A stretch of 64,000 nucleotides of DNA from Azolla caroliniana (GCA_043228905.1 JBHGNT010000001.1:23188001-23252000), one strand, 5' to 3'. Numbered from the stretch's first letter, positions 1-14,354 are shown. Notes: generated by a model from the letters alone, not told the origin. Translations and numbers: made by a program.

Positions 1-124
1 AGCTCTAGGAACAAATGACAGACCATGGATGGCTGCTAGCTAAACATGCAATTGTGAAAACAAGGCAAAGGATATGGGCGAATAAATGTGTGCATTCTGA
101 TAGAGAAACGGAAAAGGAGGATTG

Positions 125-488
125 AGGATTGAAATGCTCTACACTAGGGTCCAAACATCAAATGTAGAAGGCATGTGAACTGGTATGTGAGGTAGTGGTG
201 TCTCCTTGCTATCATGTTAGTCATGAAAAGAGAAGTGGTAAGAAACCCTTTGTGAAGGCGAGCTCGGAAGAGGAAACAAGGAAGCTGAAGGTATGTTGTT
301 CCACAAGGATTGAAATGCTCTACACTAGCGTCCAAACATCAAATGTAGAAGGCATGCGAACTGGTATGTGAGGTAGTGGTGTCTCCTTGCTATCATGTTA
401 GTCATGAAAAGAGAAGTGGTAAGAAACCCTTTGTGAAGGTGAGCTTGGAAGAGGAAACAGGGAGGCTGAAGGTATGTTGTTCCACAAG
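125..488. repeat. Tandem duplication, 2 x ~181 bp, in a TRAPPC8 intron
   Basis: AGGATTGAAATGCTCTACACTAG...GTATGTTGTTCCACA occurs at 125-305 and again at 306-488 with only a few substitutions. Confidence 0.9.
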
Positions 489-1549
489 AGGGACCTCCCA
501 AAGCTTAGCAAAGGAGTAGACATAACAAGGACATGATCCCAATGCGATAAGGAGTGTGTATAGCTTTATCATAATAATACTGTGGCGTTGTGAAGATGAC
601 TGTCTACTAAGTTGGAAAGAAAGAAAGACGTATGAAGATCTTTTAAAATGTCAAAATGGGCTATAGCCTATGAGACAGAACAGGAGATTTTGCAGATGTT
701 ATCTCATCTTTACGAGATATATATATGTCTATGGCTGTTTTTGATGAGTTCATGGCTGTTTCGTGAGAGCGGTGTAGCTCTTTACTCTAGTATCCTTCAT
801 TGTGTGTTGAGATTTGGGGAAAGGTGTGTGTGGAATTGTGGCGATAGAGAAGTTAGTGATGGTTCTTTGTCTGGTTGGGTTGGCTTGTCTCCTATCCCTT
901 GAAAGGTGTATTCCATTGCTTCTCAAGAATTTCTCCTGGTAGCATCAAAGTTTGAGCAAGAGGATTTCTTGGCATTGTCCCAACATTCAGGTTTTTTTGT
1001 GTCCAAAAGTTTTACTGAAAGAGGCAGTTGAATATTCCTCCAATTTCATAGCATCAGGGCAATGAATGCTTCTATTTTTCAGCCTCTATAGAGCATAGGA
1101 GGCAGAGGCAGTCATTTGCTTCCAGCACTTCACGACTGTCTTTATCCATAGTTGGTGTCACGATGTGAAGATCTGTCCAATTATGTGTGACGTGGGCATC
1201 CATTTAGATTAGGGGAAGGGTGAGAATCCATAACATGGTGTCCCACAAGGGAGCCCCATTATGTGAAGAGAGCTAATGTGTGACCTAATGATGAGGATGA
1301 AGTTGTTTCAGGATGAGTTCTGGTGATTACCAAATCATAAACATTGACCAGTACCTGCCGTTGAGTTGCAATCTACATGGAATAACAACCAAATTGAACA
1401 ATAATGTGGGCAATTTGTATCCTTCTCTCTCTCATTTGGGAGATGTAGCAACACCTAAGGCATTTTTTGAAGTAAAGAAAACTCCGTGGTGTTCAATAGT
1501 TTTAACCAAGTTTTTAAAATATTTTTAGACTTATTGGTTTTTTTCACAG

Positions 1550-4500
1550 AAGTTGGTACCAGCTGGGCAGAGACTTTCGACACGCTGTGCCCTATGGTGG
1601 TCGGAGATGTACAAAGCCAGAGGTCAGTATAAAGAAGCTGCAGGTGTCTATTTCCGTGCAGGGACTGAGGTAAGTGCATCTGACTTTAAATCATGTGACC
1701 CTGATGTCCATAATTGAAGTTCGGTAAAAGTACCATTTTCTTTAGGAGCCGCATTTGCGAGCTGGAATATTCCTCGAGCAAGCTGCATATTGTTACCTCC
1801 GTGCTACTCCACCTATGTTACGAAAATATGGTTTTTATTTGGTCCTTGCAGGGAATCGTTATAATGTCTGTGGGCAGGTATTCTTAAGAATTTTATGTTT
1901 CATGTCTTTAAACATATGTTCTTCTATGGACTAAGAGTGCCATGTTGCTGCCTCAGAAAGTCTGCACGGATACTAAAACTTCAACATCTTTTTCAGTTTA
2001 CTCTAAATGTCCAGGAACATAGGCATTGATATAAGTTGCACATAAGATTTGTTGAATTACATCTGTGTAGTATAGAAAGATAAGATGTTAGTACAATGTG
2101 GTTAAACATGCATATTCATTTAAAACCATTTGTTTTACAGACTAGGCATGCATATGTATTTGTGAGCTGCAAATTAGTTATGCATTAAAAACAGTGTAAG
2201 GGTGGAATAAAGGGTAATCAGTTACCGTCTGCATGAACAGAAAAAGCATGCTCTCCGGGCTTATATGAGTGTTTTAACCATATTTGAAGGGCACGGATGG
2301 AGCTACATCAATGATCATGTTATGTTCAATTTAGGAAGGTTTGTTTCATCAAAGTTTCATATGATCTTTATATTTATGATTATTCTAATCCTTTTGGCCC
2401 ATCAGACTATCAGCCTATCTTGGTGATCATGCAACAGCTGTGCAACATTTCAAAAAGCTCATCTCTTGTAGTCATCAATCTCCAACTAACCAAGCATCAT
2501 TTCTGAGAGAGTTTTTGCAAGCTGTGCAGGTAAATACACCGATATTTTGTAATGCTATGGTTTAGGTTGTGCAGAGATGGCCTGACCTGCTGCATTCCAG
2601 AATGTTAAGCAGGATACCAGTAGAATTTTGTGTCTCGATCTACCATACATAAATAAGAATAATGTGCGAGTTCATTTTGAGGATCAAAGGACATATGCCT
2701 CACCAGCAGCAGTGAGTTTTAGTCCCTTAACATTATGAAACTCCTTGCTTGCTGTCTCTTATATACTCACTCAGTTTGTCACCATAGACAATCAATCTGT
2801 TTGTTTTATGTTGTATATGGTATGCATGTGCACTAGTCTATGCTACCAGAAGATATATGGCTACCATTGGAGGAAGGGATAGTTCCAACAATTCAGACTG
2901 TTGCAAATAATTGGCTGGATGGAGGTTCATCCACAGCTGAAGTGAATGATTCCAATCAGTGTGTTGCTGGAGGTATACCATTCTACCATTCCCAATTGTA
3001 ACTGAACCTAGACTCTTAACACTTAATTGTCAAAGTGTCTAGCACACAAACTGAGAGGAAAATTGTTATATTTAAAGAACTGATTTGCATATAATCAATG
3101 ATAGAACTATTGTGTTAGTCCCGAAACACATAAGTTCTAATACCTCTTGTCCCATGCACAAGCTTACAGGAGAATCATTATATCTAAAGAATGGATTTCA
3201 GATAATCAATGGTAGAATTAGATGGTGGAATGAAGTTTCTGCAAAATATATTTCAAGCCTTTCTGTCCTTACGCTTTGATGCAGTTTTGAGCAGTTCTAC
3301 CTTATCAGTTATGGTAACCCTTGGATTTCTGAATTCTACAGAAACATTGACTGTTGATGTGGAGTTTATCAACCCACTTCAAATTCCTTTGAATCTATCT
3401 TCCATTGCTCTTATCTGTAAGTTCTGCGGTGGAAGTTCCGGTGCAAAAAAAGGCAAGTAATTCAAAAATCTATTATGGCATGTATCTTGGTTTCATGTTG
3501 AACTTGTGCTATATGTATCATAGGAGCAGTTGATGCTACCATTAGCTCCAGCAATGTAATTGATTCCACATTATCAGCAGTCAATGCAGTTGGCTTAAAC
3601 AGGTAAAGTAACAGGCTTACACTCTCTGGATTTGTGATATGGATATAGTTTATGAATTTTTCATCTTTTTATTGTGTCTGACAATGTACAGTGATGAAGC
3701 AAATAACTATTTTGGGGATGATGAAAATCCATCGATTACTGTTGTAGAGGAATCTCTCACAATGAAAGCAGGGGAGAAGTACATGGTGAGCTTTTGTATT
3801 TTCTTTTTGTTTCTTTTTCAACAGGTTTGGTTTATTTGATAATAAACTTGTAGTAAACTTTCGTTTTAAACCTTAAAATTTTTTTTTTTAAAAGTTAAAC
3901 AGAAACCCTGTCTATGGTATACATTTATATCCTCTATCTTGATTTCTATCACATCCTCATGTTATTTTATCTTTTGTTACTCAAAAGTGGAGGATCAAGC
4001 TGATACTTTTTGTTTTGACCCTTAGTTGTAAACTACTTATACTTAGCATACAATACACGTAGAATATGCATGCAAAATATTTTGAACATATTCTACCTTT
4101 TCTTTGAAAAATACTTCGAATATATATTCTAAAGATAAGATAAGATAAGATACAATTGTTTTTTGGCCAAAATTTTATGATTATTATTTATTTTTAGAAA
4201 AACATAAAATATTGTCAAGTACGTAGAATACGTGGAATATTTCGAAATGGCAGCTGTAAAATTTAGAAGACGTGTTTAATACTCTTAAGAGTATTCGAAA
4301 ACTTATTTTAAACATAAAATACACGTGTTTTAACATACATGTTTTTACCCAATCAGACCTCAATTTTCACACTCAGATGTCATCTAAAGCTGTTACTTGC
4401 GTCATACCTATCTAGTTATAACCATCTTAATAGATCAGGGATAGTTTTCTAAAAGTCTGAAAAATATATGATTACAATGCTATTTTTAGCAAAAGCCTCA

Positions 4501-7500
4501 ATCTCACTGGTTTGTTTCATTGTTTTGTTAATGAATATACAATCATGGTGCTGTTTTTAGCACCACATATCAGGGCTATTTCATTGAGACACCCTGTTTT
4601 AATCAAAATTTGATCTTATATAATCCACCCCATCATTAACCGATTGATATCAGTCAGTGGATATGATTGGATGAATGTCTAGTGTCATTCTTTATTTAGA
4701 GTTACGAGATAATACTTAGAATCTGCATATTCACATAGCCTTTTCTTGTTGAAGTTACAAATATCGTCATGTCCATTTTGATTGTAGTGATGTTCTAGGA
4801 TTATGAATCACTCATCCTTGAATTTAGGAGTCATCTTTTGGAGATTGTCAAGCAACCATTAGAGAAACCATTAGAAATGAATTTCACGATCGCGATCATC
4901 GGCTCATTTGCATTGACCTTGTTTACCTTTGAAACTCTTATCCCTCATAAGTGAAAGCATTCCAAAGTTGTGCTTCATAATTCTTACATTCCATGACAAT
5001 TCCTTGTTAAATTCCACTCTTGAACTCCAGCTGATGGATTACTAATGGTAATGCATCCTAAGTGTAGGTTCTCTTCTTATAATCCATTTTTCTCTCTTTA
5101 GCCCCATCACTCCTACTAATGCTACAAGTCAATCAAGGGATACACAAATGGGCTCCCGACCAGGACATAACAAAGGGGTTGCAATTGATTGGGCAATAGC
5201 AATTTGTCGTGCATGTAGACCCCGGCCCCATGGCCCGACAGATAAAAGCCATTATCTCCTGCCATCGCAGGTGCTTCCCTCGCTTCGGAGACCTTTCCAT
5301 TCTGGATTGACCTATGCCAGAGATCTTTCGAAGTCAAAAGTTACAATACATCTAGCTTGAGAATCTCACATGTCCCGAAAACCAGTTTCCCTCGTCTCTT
5401 TTTATTTTATTTACTTTTATATTTACGGATTAATATATTTTTTATTTTGATTTGTTTTTCTCAAAGATGAGACAACACTTAAGATGTAATTTCTTGTTTG
5501 GTCTTATAGGCCATTTTGGCCTCTTAAAAGACGTTAATATATCTTTTCATCTTATTTACTTTTATATTTACTGTGTAATATTTATTTTATTTTGATTTGT
5601 TCTCAAAGACGAGAGAACACTTAAGATGTAATCTCTTGTTTGGTCTTATAGGCCATTTTGGCCTCTTAAAAGACATTAATATATCTTTCTTTCTTTCTTT
5701 CTTCTGGATGTTTCTCATTCCTTTCTGCAACCTCAAAATAAGTGCCAATTTGATTATGTAAAAGCTACATATATTTGATGGTGTCATTGCTAATGATGTT
5801 GATACATTATTGCCGGAACTCCTGAGAATGTTTGGAAAAACAATGTCTTCATACATATCTAGAGTGGTGATCACTTATAAAGCTGCCATACGTTTTCCTT
5901 GACGTTGAGAACTAAAATTATCATTCCATTAGCTGGCTATTTATCTTGATGTGTCGGAATTCTGGATGTTTTTCTCGTTCTTTTTTATGTGGTTCACTCC
6001 TCTACAACCTCAACAAATGGCCATTGGATTAGGCTAAAAGTTTATATATTTAATGATGTCATTGCTACTGGTGTTACATCATTATTGAGCTCCTAAGCAA
6101 GTTGGGAAAAACAGTGTCTTCATATCTACCTACAGTGATGATCATTTTTTTTGCCACTTCTAAAGCCACCACATGCTCTCTTCAACCTTTGAAAAATTAA
6201 AATCATCATCGTTACTTTAGCTGGATATTTACCATGAATGTTTCTGAATCCTTAATTCTATGTTTCTCTTGGCATGAAGGCTATAAATATCTGAATTCAT
6301 CATGCAGGCCCATTTGAAGGTGATACCCCATGAGCAAGGGGTGCTGAGTATTATGGGAGTCAAGTGGACCTTGAATGGTGTAGTAAAGGGGTATCAACAC
6401 TTTATACCAGGCAGGATAAAAGCTAGGACGAAAAAGAGTAGGCGCGATAAATTCCATGTACAGCCACCCCATCGCCGTCTGAAATTTATTGTTAACCAGG
6501 TATGGAAGGATTACTGTACAAATATCATGTACTAATTTCAGAAACTCTCTAAACTTTATGGAATAAATCTTTTCCCAGCATATGCCTAGGCTGGAGGTCT
6601 CCTTGCATGGGATGCCTGAGAAAATGAACTCTGGAGAGCTACAACGTATCGTGCTAGAGCTCTCAAACACATCAGACATTGCGATTAAGGTTTTCTCATC
6701 TTAATCTCAATGCTGAAGTGCTATTGAATTTTTTTGACTCAGATTTAGACAGGAAACTGATGACTTGCTGCTATTGCATTCAGAACTTGAAGTTCTGTAC
6801 AAACCAACCAGGGATTCTCCTTGTTGGAAATATGGAAGATCTTGATGCTGAATTTCCAAATTGCCTTGAAGATTCTGCTGCTGAGAACCTCCAGTGTGCA
6901 GGGGAAGTCGTATCTGAAACAAATGTCAGATCGTCCACATATACTTTTCCAGAGGTTCAGTATAAGTCTGTTTGTAAAGTTAATTCTGCTTAGCATGTAC
7001 TTATTTTTGTGCTGCATGTGAATCAGACAACAATTTTGGAAGGTGGTTCTACTTTGTTATGGCCCTTATGGTTGCATGGAAGAGAGTTGGGAATTTTGCT
7101 TCTGAATAATATTCTGTACTATGAATCAAACAAGGAAACTAGTGGACTGCTGTTTCGTACTGTTAGAATGAGCCATACTCTTCAGGTAAGTGCCTGGATC
7201 TTGGTTAATGAGCATTGATTCAGTCTGTAAAAACAAAAAAACCTAGTAAGTTTTAATATTATATGCCTATGGTTTTGGAAGGAGATAGGTCTACGCATTA
7301 TAAGTTTGAGCAACTTTCATTTTGTATTCTTGTAGTGAGTTTCATAGTTAACTTTTCTGGCTTTCTTCTTCTCTTCTTTTGGGAGTTCTCTTTTGCGTCT
7401 TATTTTACACAAGTTCAGACTATTGGTTTGTCTTCTGAAGGTGCCATGACACCCACAAACATTGGTGATGAGTGTCACATTACCACAAACTTTGGAGGCT

Positions 7501-10500
7501 CCTCATCGAAGAATCATAAGTTTGAATACACTTCCCTTTCTGCCTTTCCTTTTCTCTTTGTTTGGGCTTCTCTTTGCTTATTATATTTGTACATCCAGAC
7601 TATTGGTTTCATCTTCTGAAGGTGTTATGATGTCCAGATGCATTGGTGGTAGGTGTGACATCATTATGAATTTTGGAGACTCTTAGGAGTTTGGACTGTT
7701 TCAAATCGGGATGGAAGGACCTGAATGAAACCCAATAACATATCTTCTGTCAATGCATGAACAGTAGTGGGCTCGGAGGGAAATGCATAAGACTAAAGAT
7801 GAAAAGAGACTAGAGAATCTTGTTATCGGTACATGTAAGATTCTCAAGTCAGATATATTATAATTTTGTCTTCAAAAGATCTCTAGCATAGGGTTGATCC
7901 AGAATGGATGGGTCTCCGAAGTGAAGGAAGCACTTGCCATGGCGAGAAATAATGACCTTTATTTGTCGATGACAAGGGTGGTGAGATCGTGGTCCATGGG
8001 GCTGGGTCTACGTGCACAACAAATTACTATTTCCCGTTATTGTAACCCCTTTGTTATTTCCTGGTCAGGAGCCTATTTTTGTAGCCCTTGATTGACTTGT
8101 AGCATGAGTAGGAGTGATGGGGCTAAAGAAAGTTGTGATTGTTGCTTTGTTGATGAGCTTGTGTGGCTGTACTGTTGTCCAACAACTTCTCCATTTGTAT
8201 CATGAGTTCTAGCAAGAAAATCGTTCTTATTTCATCAAAATCACTATAGTGAAAAACATAGTGTTCATCAGATTCCACTCCCTGATGATGCAATTAGAAA
8301 ATTCTTTCTTCTACTGGTATTCGTGCATATCTGCCTACTATCTATAACCAATGTCATTAAGTTCACAGCTGCCCTATTACACTGTGCATTGCATATGATT
8401 GATATATGTCCATATAAGATGGCTTGATGATGAGTCCATCCTCTGATGTGTGTAAAACGTGTCTTAATAGTGGGCTATCTTCCAACCAACTCATATTTTG
8501 AGGCTGATCCGTGTTATCTTGTTTTCCAAGTTAATTATATCAGTTCGGCTGGTTCAAGTCTCAACTCAACAAAGTAATCCACGAGGAATCTGAGAGTATG
8601 AATTTTGGAACACTGGATCTTTGCAATGTTTTGACCTCAATACATAATGAATAGGAAGCCTTTGGGCAACAATGCTCGCCCTGGGGCCTGGTTCAAATTG
8701 AGGCCTGACAAAGCTAATGCCATAATGCTCCATGAGCACCTGAACCGAGGGATAGTGGAGAATGGCTAGAGAAAAAGAATTATGAATTGGTTGCAAACAT
8801 GCTGGAAACATATAGCAAGCACAAGTGCTGTAATTTCAAACTTGTCATTGTCCTACAATTCCAAGCCTGATGACCTTTGTCTGGGTGTCTATATGTGTGG
8901 TCTTTATATTCTATCTGTGCTCCAGCATTCGCAGTATATTGGAGAGAATTTCTGCTATTGCATATACTATTTAGTACTTGCATGCAGTTTCATGTGATGT
9001 AATGTTCTCCCAAGCAATGTAATTATATATTGTATTATGTATCTACACATGTTGCTCAACTACAAGTGTAGTAGATGAAACGTAACACTGGCCTTTAGGT
9101 TTGGGTTGTTTATCATGCTTAATTTTAATGGTTCATGAAATGCTATTTTTTTCAGATCTTCCCATCTTTGGGGGTTTCTGTTAATATTTCACCATGCCTC
9201 CTAAAGCTAGAACAGTACCTTTTACGAATGGACATTGCAAATCTCCATAGTACCGAAAGTTTCTGGTTGCGTCAGGTGTCATGTATTGGGAATAGATGGC
9301 AGATCTCACCGTTACTGCAACCAATTACATCGTCTGACAGTTCCAAAGAAGAAGTGGGTGGTCTTAGTCATAGTGATGCTGCATTTCTCTCTGCATCTTT
9401 AGCTCCATCACAGTTACTACCAGCCTCTCAAACGCTTTCCCTTTTTTTTCATCTAATGGTAACTCTACAATACTCTTTTACTTGCGGATGTTTGTGAAAA
9501 AGCCTTACATCTAATTGGCTTGCAGGATGTTGATAGGAAAGAAGATTCTATTAACCAGCATGGGGGCTTTGTTAGCAACATCAGGTTAGGCTCTCCAAGT
9601 AGCAATGAACCATTGATCAATGTCCTGGCAGGACCAATTTTCAAGTTCCATAGACACGAGAGGATGTCAAAAGATAAGGTCTAGAACGTTAAAAAGTCAT
9701 TATTAATCTTATTTTTGGAATATATTCTTCTATATTTCTGGAGAGATTATTTGGCAATGTTATATGTTGAGCTATACTTGGAATCATGTCCTTTGAATGG
9801 CCTTTTATTATTTGGGAAATTCTCTTCTTTAACAGCATTCATGACGGAATATCTGCATGAGCATGTGTTATTGAGTTGATCCTGCATATTATTTTCTGGA
9901 TAAGTGAGAACTTCAGTGCACATATATGTATTTATCTTTCATCTTGCATTATTTTAATTTCAAGCTAGAATTAAAAGATTCCTGGCCATATTTATAGGGA
10001 TTCAGCATATTTTTTTTGGATGGGTGAAAACTTTAGTGCATATATATCGTTTAGTGAAAATTTTCATCTAACTTTATCGTTTCAATCTAAACCCAAAAGA
10101 CTCCAGCCATATTTACCGGCTACTTGCAACCCAACTAAAAGGTTGTCCTTGAAGGGGTTTTGATCCCTATGATTCGTGAGAAAGACCGACTGTGGAATAC
10201 ACAATCTCGCAGAAACACAAAAACAGCAAATGCACAGAATGAATACACACAATTTTTCATGGAAACCCTAAACGGGAAAAAAACGCACGGGAACAGAGAT
10301 CCACTATACAATGGAGAATACAGAGACAATATACAGACACTCTCTCTGCACAGAGTGTATCAGCCACGTAGGGCTCTTGGCGTCTAAGCTCACACAGCTA
10401 TGGCGCCGCTCTCTGCTCTCTGTTCTACTCTACAGAAACTCTATTCTGCACTATCTATTCTACTACACACTATGCTCTGCAACCCCATCTAAAGCTTTGC

Positions 10501-13500
10501 CCTAAGTGTATTTATACTTATACACCTTATGGGCTATTTACAAATGTAGTCCCTACTACTTTCTACTCTCACTTCAATTGCTATATTTAATAATAGCAGT
10601 TAGTCAGCCGACTGATCGACTAGTCGATTTGACTAGCCGACTCCAGTGTTGACTGTCCAGTTGGCCCGACTAGTCGGCCTTGTCGTCGACCCTCCGGTCG
10701 GCCCAACTTGTCGGTCTTGTCTTCGACTTGGATCATCTGCTGTCGACTCTTCATCTCGACTCTCTATGACATCGACTGTCGGCTCTTGATTGGACCAGTT
10801 GGCTCCTTGTTTTCGACTGTCGGCTCTCGGTCCGATCAGTCGGCTCCTCCCATAGGAGAGACATATTCCTATCAGTCCTGAATCACAATCTATACGTAGA
10901 TTGTGGAAATAACCTCCCACATAATCCTTAGATGGTGAAAAATTCCCTGATTGCAAGCCTATTTCAAGGAAGAATGGTAATGAAGAGGCCATTCGCTCCA
11001 CCGTTGTCAGTCAGTAATTGGAAATTGTTTCCTCACTAGGCAGGGAAGTTTCCGTTTCATAGATAAAATAATAGAAAATTGCCAGAAAAGACCAAATGTT
11101 AATAGTTAGAAAATTTGTATGCTTCTGCCAGGTTTTCGTCATTTATAGATTTTCCCACCAGCAAGTCCAAAAAGAAAAAAAGAAAGATATATTAACTTAA
11201 GAGGCCAAAATTGCCTATAAGAGCAAGCAAGAGATTACATCTGAAGTGTTGTCTCCTCTTTGAGAACAATCAAATCTAATAAATGTTATTAAGTAAAATG
11301 TAAATAAGGTAAAAAAGAGACTAAAGAATCTTGTTATCACTACTTGAAAAATTCTCAAGTCAGCTGTATTATAATTTTTGTCTTTGAAAGATCTCTTGCA
11401 TAGGTCAATCTAGACTAGAGCGGACTTTGAAGTGAGGGAGGCACTTGTAATTGCAGGAGATAATGGCCTTTATTTATCGATGACAAGGGTGGTGAGATCG
11501 TGGTCCATGGGGTTGGGGCCTACCCTACGTGCACAAGAAATTGCTATTGCCCGATCTATTGTAACCCCTTTTTTATGACCTGGTCGGATCCTATTTGTGT
11601 AGCCCTTGATTGACTTGTAGCATGAATAGGAGTGATGGGGCTAAAGAAAGTTGTCATTGTTCTTTGTTGACGACCTTGTGTGGCTGTACTGTTGTCCTTC
11701 AACAACTTTTCCCTGTGTCTCTTGAGTTCTAGCAAGAAAAGCCCCAATCCCCGTTGGTCCTCATATTCTGTTACTTTGCGTAGTGGGCCAAGGCCTTGCT
11801 TAAAGAGGCAATGGTATCTCCCTCTTATTTCATAAAAAAGACTATAATGACAAACGTAATGTTCTTCAAATTCCATTCCCTGATGACACAATTAGCAAAT
11901 TCTTTCTTCTAGAGGTATTCGTGCATATCTGCTAGCTATCTCTAACTGATGTCATTCAGTTCACAGCTGCCCTATCACACTGCAACACATAGGATAGATG
12001 TATGTTCACATAAGATGGCTGATGATGAATCCATCCTTCGATATGTGTAAAGAGTATAGTGGGCCATATTTTGGAGCTGATCCATGTTATCCTGTTTTCC
12101 AAGTTAATTATTTCAGTTCGGATCACTCTATTCTTTTCCACTTTGGTTATATGTAGATGTGAACAATCCAAGCTATATTGGAATGGGGTAGTGCATTTAT
12201 GCTTATCCCATGTGATTTGGACCATTGTTACATTTCAGCATACCAACAATGAATCTCTACATGTTCAGCAAGTTGTTTTGATGACATAAATGCCAACCTG
12301 AATTACCTTCGTTTAGGGAGCTCAGGAAAACTGTTTTGATGATGATAGGGGCTGCTTCCATCTTGCCCGGATTATATCATGGGGCACTGATACTGCTCCA
12401 TATCATGCGGGCAATTATTATGACTAAAGGTCTCTGTAAGTCTTTCCAGTTATTTGTCTTGTTAAGACTCGGTCCCCACGTTTCCACTCTATAGAGAAGA
12501 GTTGGTGTCAAAAGTGTATCAAATAGCCATAGTTTAATTTGTAGCTCTTTTAACCGTGAATGTGCGCATTGTTTTTTCAAGAGCACCAAGGTCTGCATAT
12601 CGATGAGAAAGTTGGGCACAAACAGCCTCTAGAGACATTTTTAATTTGAGGGCACTGAACACAGGAATCTGTTGGTCATGTTATAACTGCCTGTACGTAT
12701 ACATAGGGAAAAATCTTATGATTGTTTTTGTAGAGGGGGTATAGATTTAATAAATCAAAGTATTTATGCTAAATATCAGTTTAGCTAAGGCCTTTTATAT
12801 TGGATGGATGTGGTGCTGAGTTGTGCAACTGCATTTAGATTATGTTGTTGGATGAAAATGACTGAAGTAAGAGTTTATTTATTTTTTATGTATGCCTTCC
12901 TAATAAAGTAGTATTTTCAGGAATTTAAAGATGCCTTAAATGCTGAACCATTGAAGATTCTTGAAAACGAACTTGATATAATTCTCATCTCAGAGCAACA
13001 AAATGTCAGTGCATCAGGAGAGTCAGTAACATTTCAGGACGGGCAAAGATTTGCCACGCATCATATTTGTCATTCCAGGTTATTTATCTGACAATAACCG
13101 TATTTTAATATATCCAATGATGTCCCGTAGTCATTTACATCCGAGGAATTCAGATTTGACTTGACAGTCATTTGATGAACAACCATCTTTTCCAAAATTC
13201 TCCAATGATTTCATGCAATCATTCTCATTCTATCCTCATGATTTGATTTGACAGAGTAAAGCAATCATCTCCAGTTGTATGGATAATGGAAGGACCTACA
13301 ACTATTGCTCATGATTTCTCTAGCGCCCCTTGCGAGGTTGCCTTCACACTGACCATCAAGAACTTTTCCAGAAGGCCGGCTCAAGTGAAAGTGGATATGT
13401 CATCAGTAAGCAACACCGCTGCTAATCCTACCCTTTTAAAACAAGCACAAAATAACCAGACAGGCTGGTATGACATCTCACTGGAGACTAACCCATCTTC

Positions 13501-13906
13501 AGTGTCAAAACAAATGGATATGGATTCCCCCCTCGAGGCGATAGATATAAACTCTCCAGCGCCTCCTCTGTTATGGACCTCTTTGAATTGCTTTAAAATC
13601 AATCGACTTTGCAGTGGAGAAACAGAGAACTATACACTCCAGCTCTGTGTGTTTGCTCCTGGGGTTTATGATCTATCAGGATACCATGTGAGTTGGGAGC
13701 TCTTATCTGAAGAGGATGATGCACATGGCCTTTCGATTAAGGATGAAGAAACAAGGTCGTCAGCCACACAAATTACATTCTCCAGTGCCTATATGGAGGT
13801 AGAAGCTAACCCGAAAAAGGAAAGTATAGATGTAGATATCATTTCAGGGTCTGGCTGTGGGCACACTCTCATATTGAATGTTGAAGACAAGAAAGAGTTT
13901 GTCTGA
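1550..13906 (+). CDS. TRAPPC8: Trafficking protein particle complex subunit 8 (TRAPPIII subunit TRS85), 3' part; 5' exons lie upstream of the window
   Basis: Exons read by eye and joining in one frame: 1550-1669, 1746-1877, 2241-2338, 2406-2529, 2601-2711, 2837-2972, 3342-3452, 3524-3602, 3692-3785, 6308-6499, 6579-6689, 6784-6954, 7027-7185, 9156-9458, 9526-9678, 12921-13078, 13255-13906 (TGA). Peptides such as TRCALWWSEMYKARGQYKEAAGVYFR, LEQAAYCY...RKYGFYLVLAG, SCSHQS...QASFLREFL, VEFINPLQIP and FAPGVYDLSGY match plant TRS85/TRAPPC8. Confidence 0.9.
5095..5700 (+). mobile_element. 3' remnant of a non-LTR retrotransposon (RTE-like LINE), copy 1, with a duplicated 3' tail
   Basis: Reverse-complement homolog of 7790-8130 and 11170-11645. 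Degenerate C-terminal Cys/His motif (AICRACRP...DKSHYLL). Tail segment ...CACTTAAGATGTAAT...TATAGGCCATTTTGGCCTCTTAAAAGAC is repeated at ~5436-5548 and ~5579-5690. Confidence 0.6.
7790..8560 (-). mobile_element. RTE-like LINE 3' remnant, copy 2
   Basis: Colinear with 11310-12120 (e.g. GATGACAAGGGTGGTGAGATCGTGGTCCATGGGG and TAGCCCTTGATTGACTTGTAGCATGA shared), with internal deletions. Confidence 0.65.
10175..10921 (-). mobile_element. Probable Copia-type solo LTR in a TRAPPC8 intron
   Basis: Contains the ...GGAAACCCTAAACGGGAAAAAAAC GCACGGG block, similar to the reverse strand of the LTR at 55745-56350. Minus-strand TATA (GTATTTATAC ~10508) and a GTCGAC/CCGAC-rich U3-like part. Termini (C/T)GTGAGA...CTCCCACA; TSD degenerate, so ends are approximate. 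Confidence 0.5.
11165..12700 (-). mobile_element. RTE-like LINE 3' fragment (RT C-terminus plus Cys/His domain), copy 3
   Basis: Minus-strand ORF pieces LQIKLWLFDTLLTPTLLYRVETWGP (RT thumb region typical of RTE-clade LINEs) and CHQGMEFEEHYVCH...FYEIRGRYHCLF. Frameshifted and 5'-truncated. Confidence 0.7.
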
Positions 13907-14354
13907 AAAGATGTATGATTTATTATTGATATTATCATGCTTGGTGGAAGGTCATTTTTTTATTAGTCAACCTGGAGCAGAGGTTTTTTTATTAGCCATA
14001 TTGGATGTCAAGCTGCTATGATATCTCTGCGTGAAAATCCAAGTAAAATGATAAAGTTCTTTAACTGATTGCAAGGATCAGAAAGTTTAGAAAGGTCAAG
14101 TGGTTGCGCCTGCATCTTTCTCAGAGTCATATATCAAATCAAGAAATTTCAACAGTCTCCAGCATCATAGGCTGCAATCATGAAAAGATGGGACAAAATG
14201 CTCGAATAAGATTTCAATTTGAATCAGAAATCCACATGAGCCATCGTAAGAAGATAAGAATTCCAGCTTTGTGAATTTTTTGCGCATCTACCAGTGCGGA
14301 TCGAAGAAACTTCCTGTGGCAATACTTTAACGTATTATCTTAGCCTCTTGTCAT

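Noticed and set aside
1-1450. Additional TRAPPC8 exons or a classifiable element
   Set aside because: No convincing splice-bounded frame; it looks like decayed repeat sequence that I cannot assign.
13286-13906. 206-aa ORF as a standalone gene
   Set aside because: It is the last exon of TRAPPC8 (acceptor at 13254).
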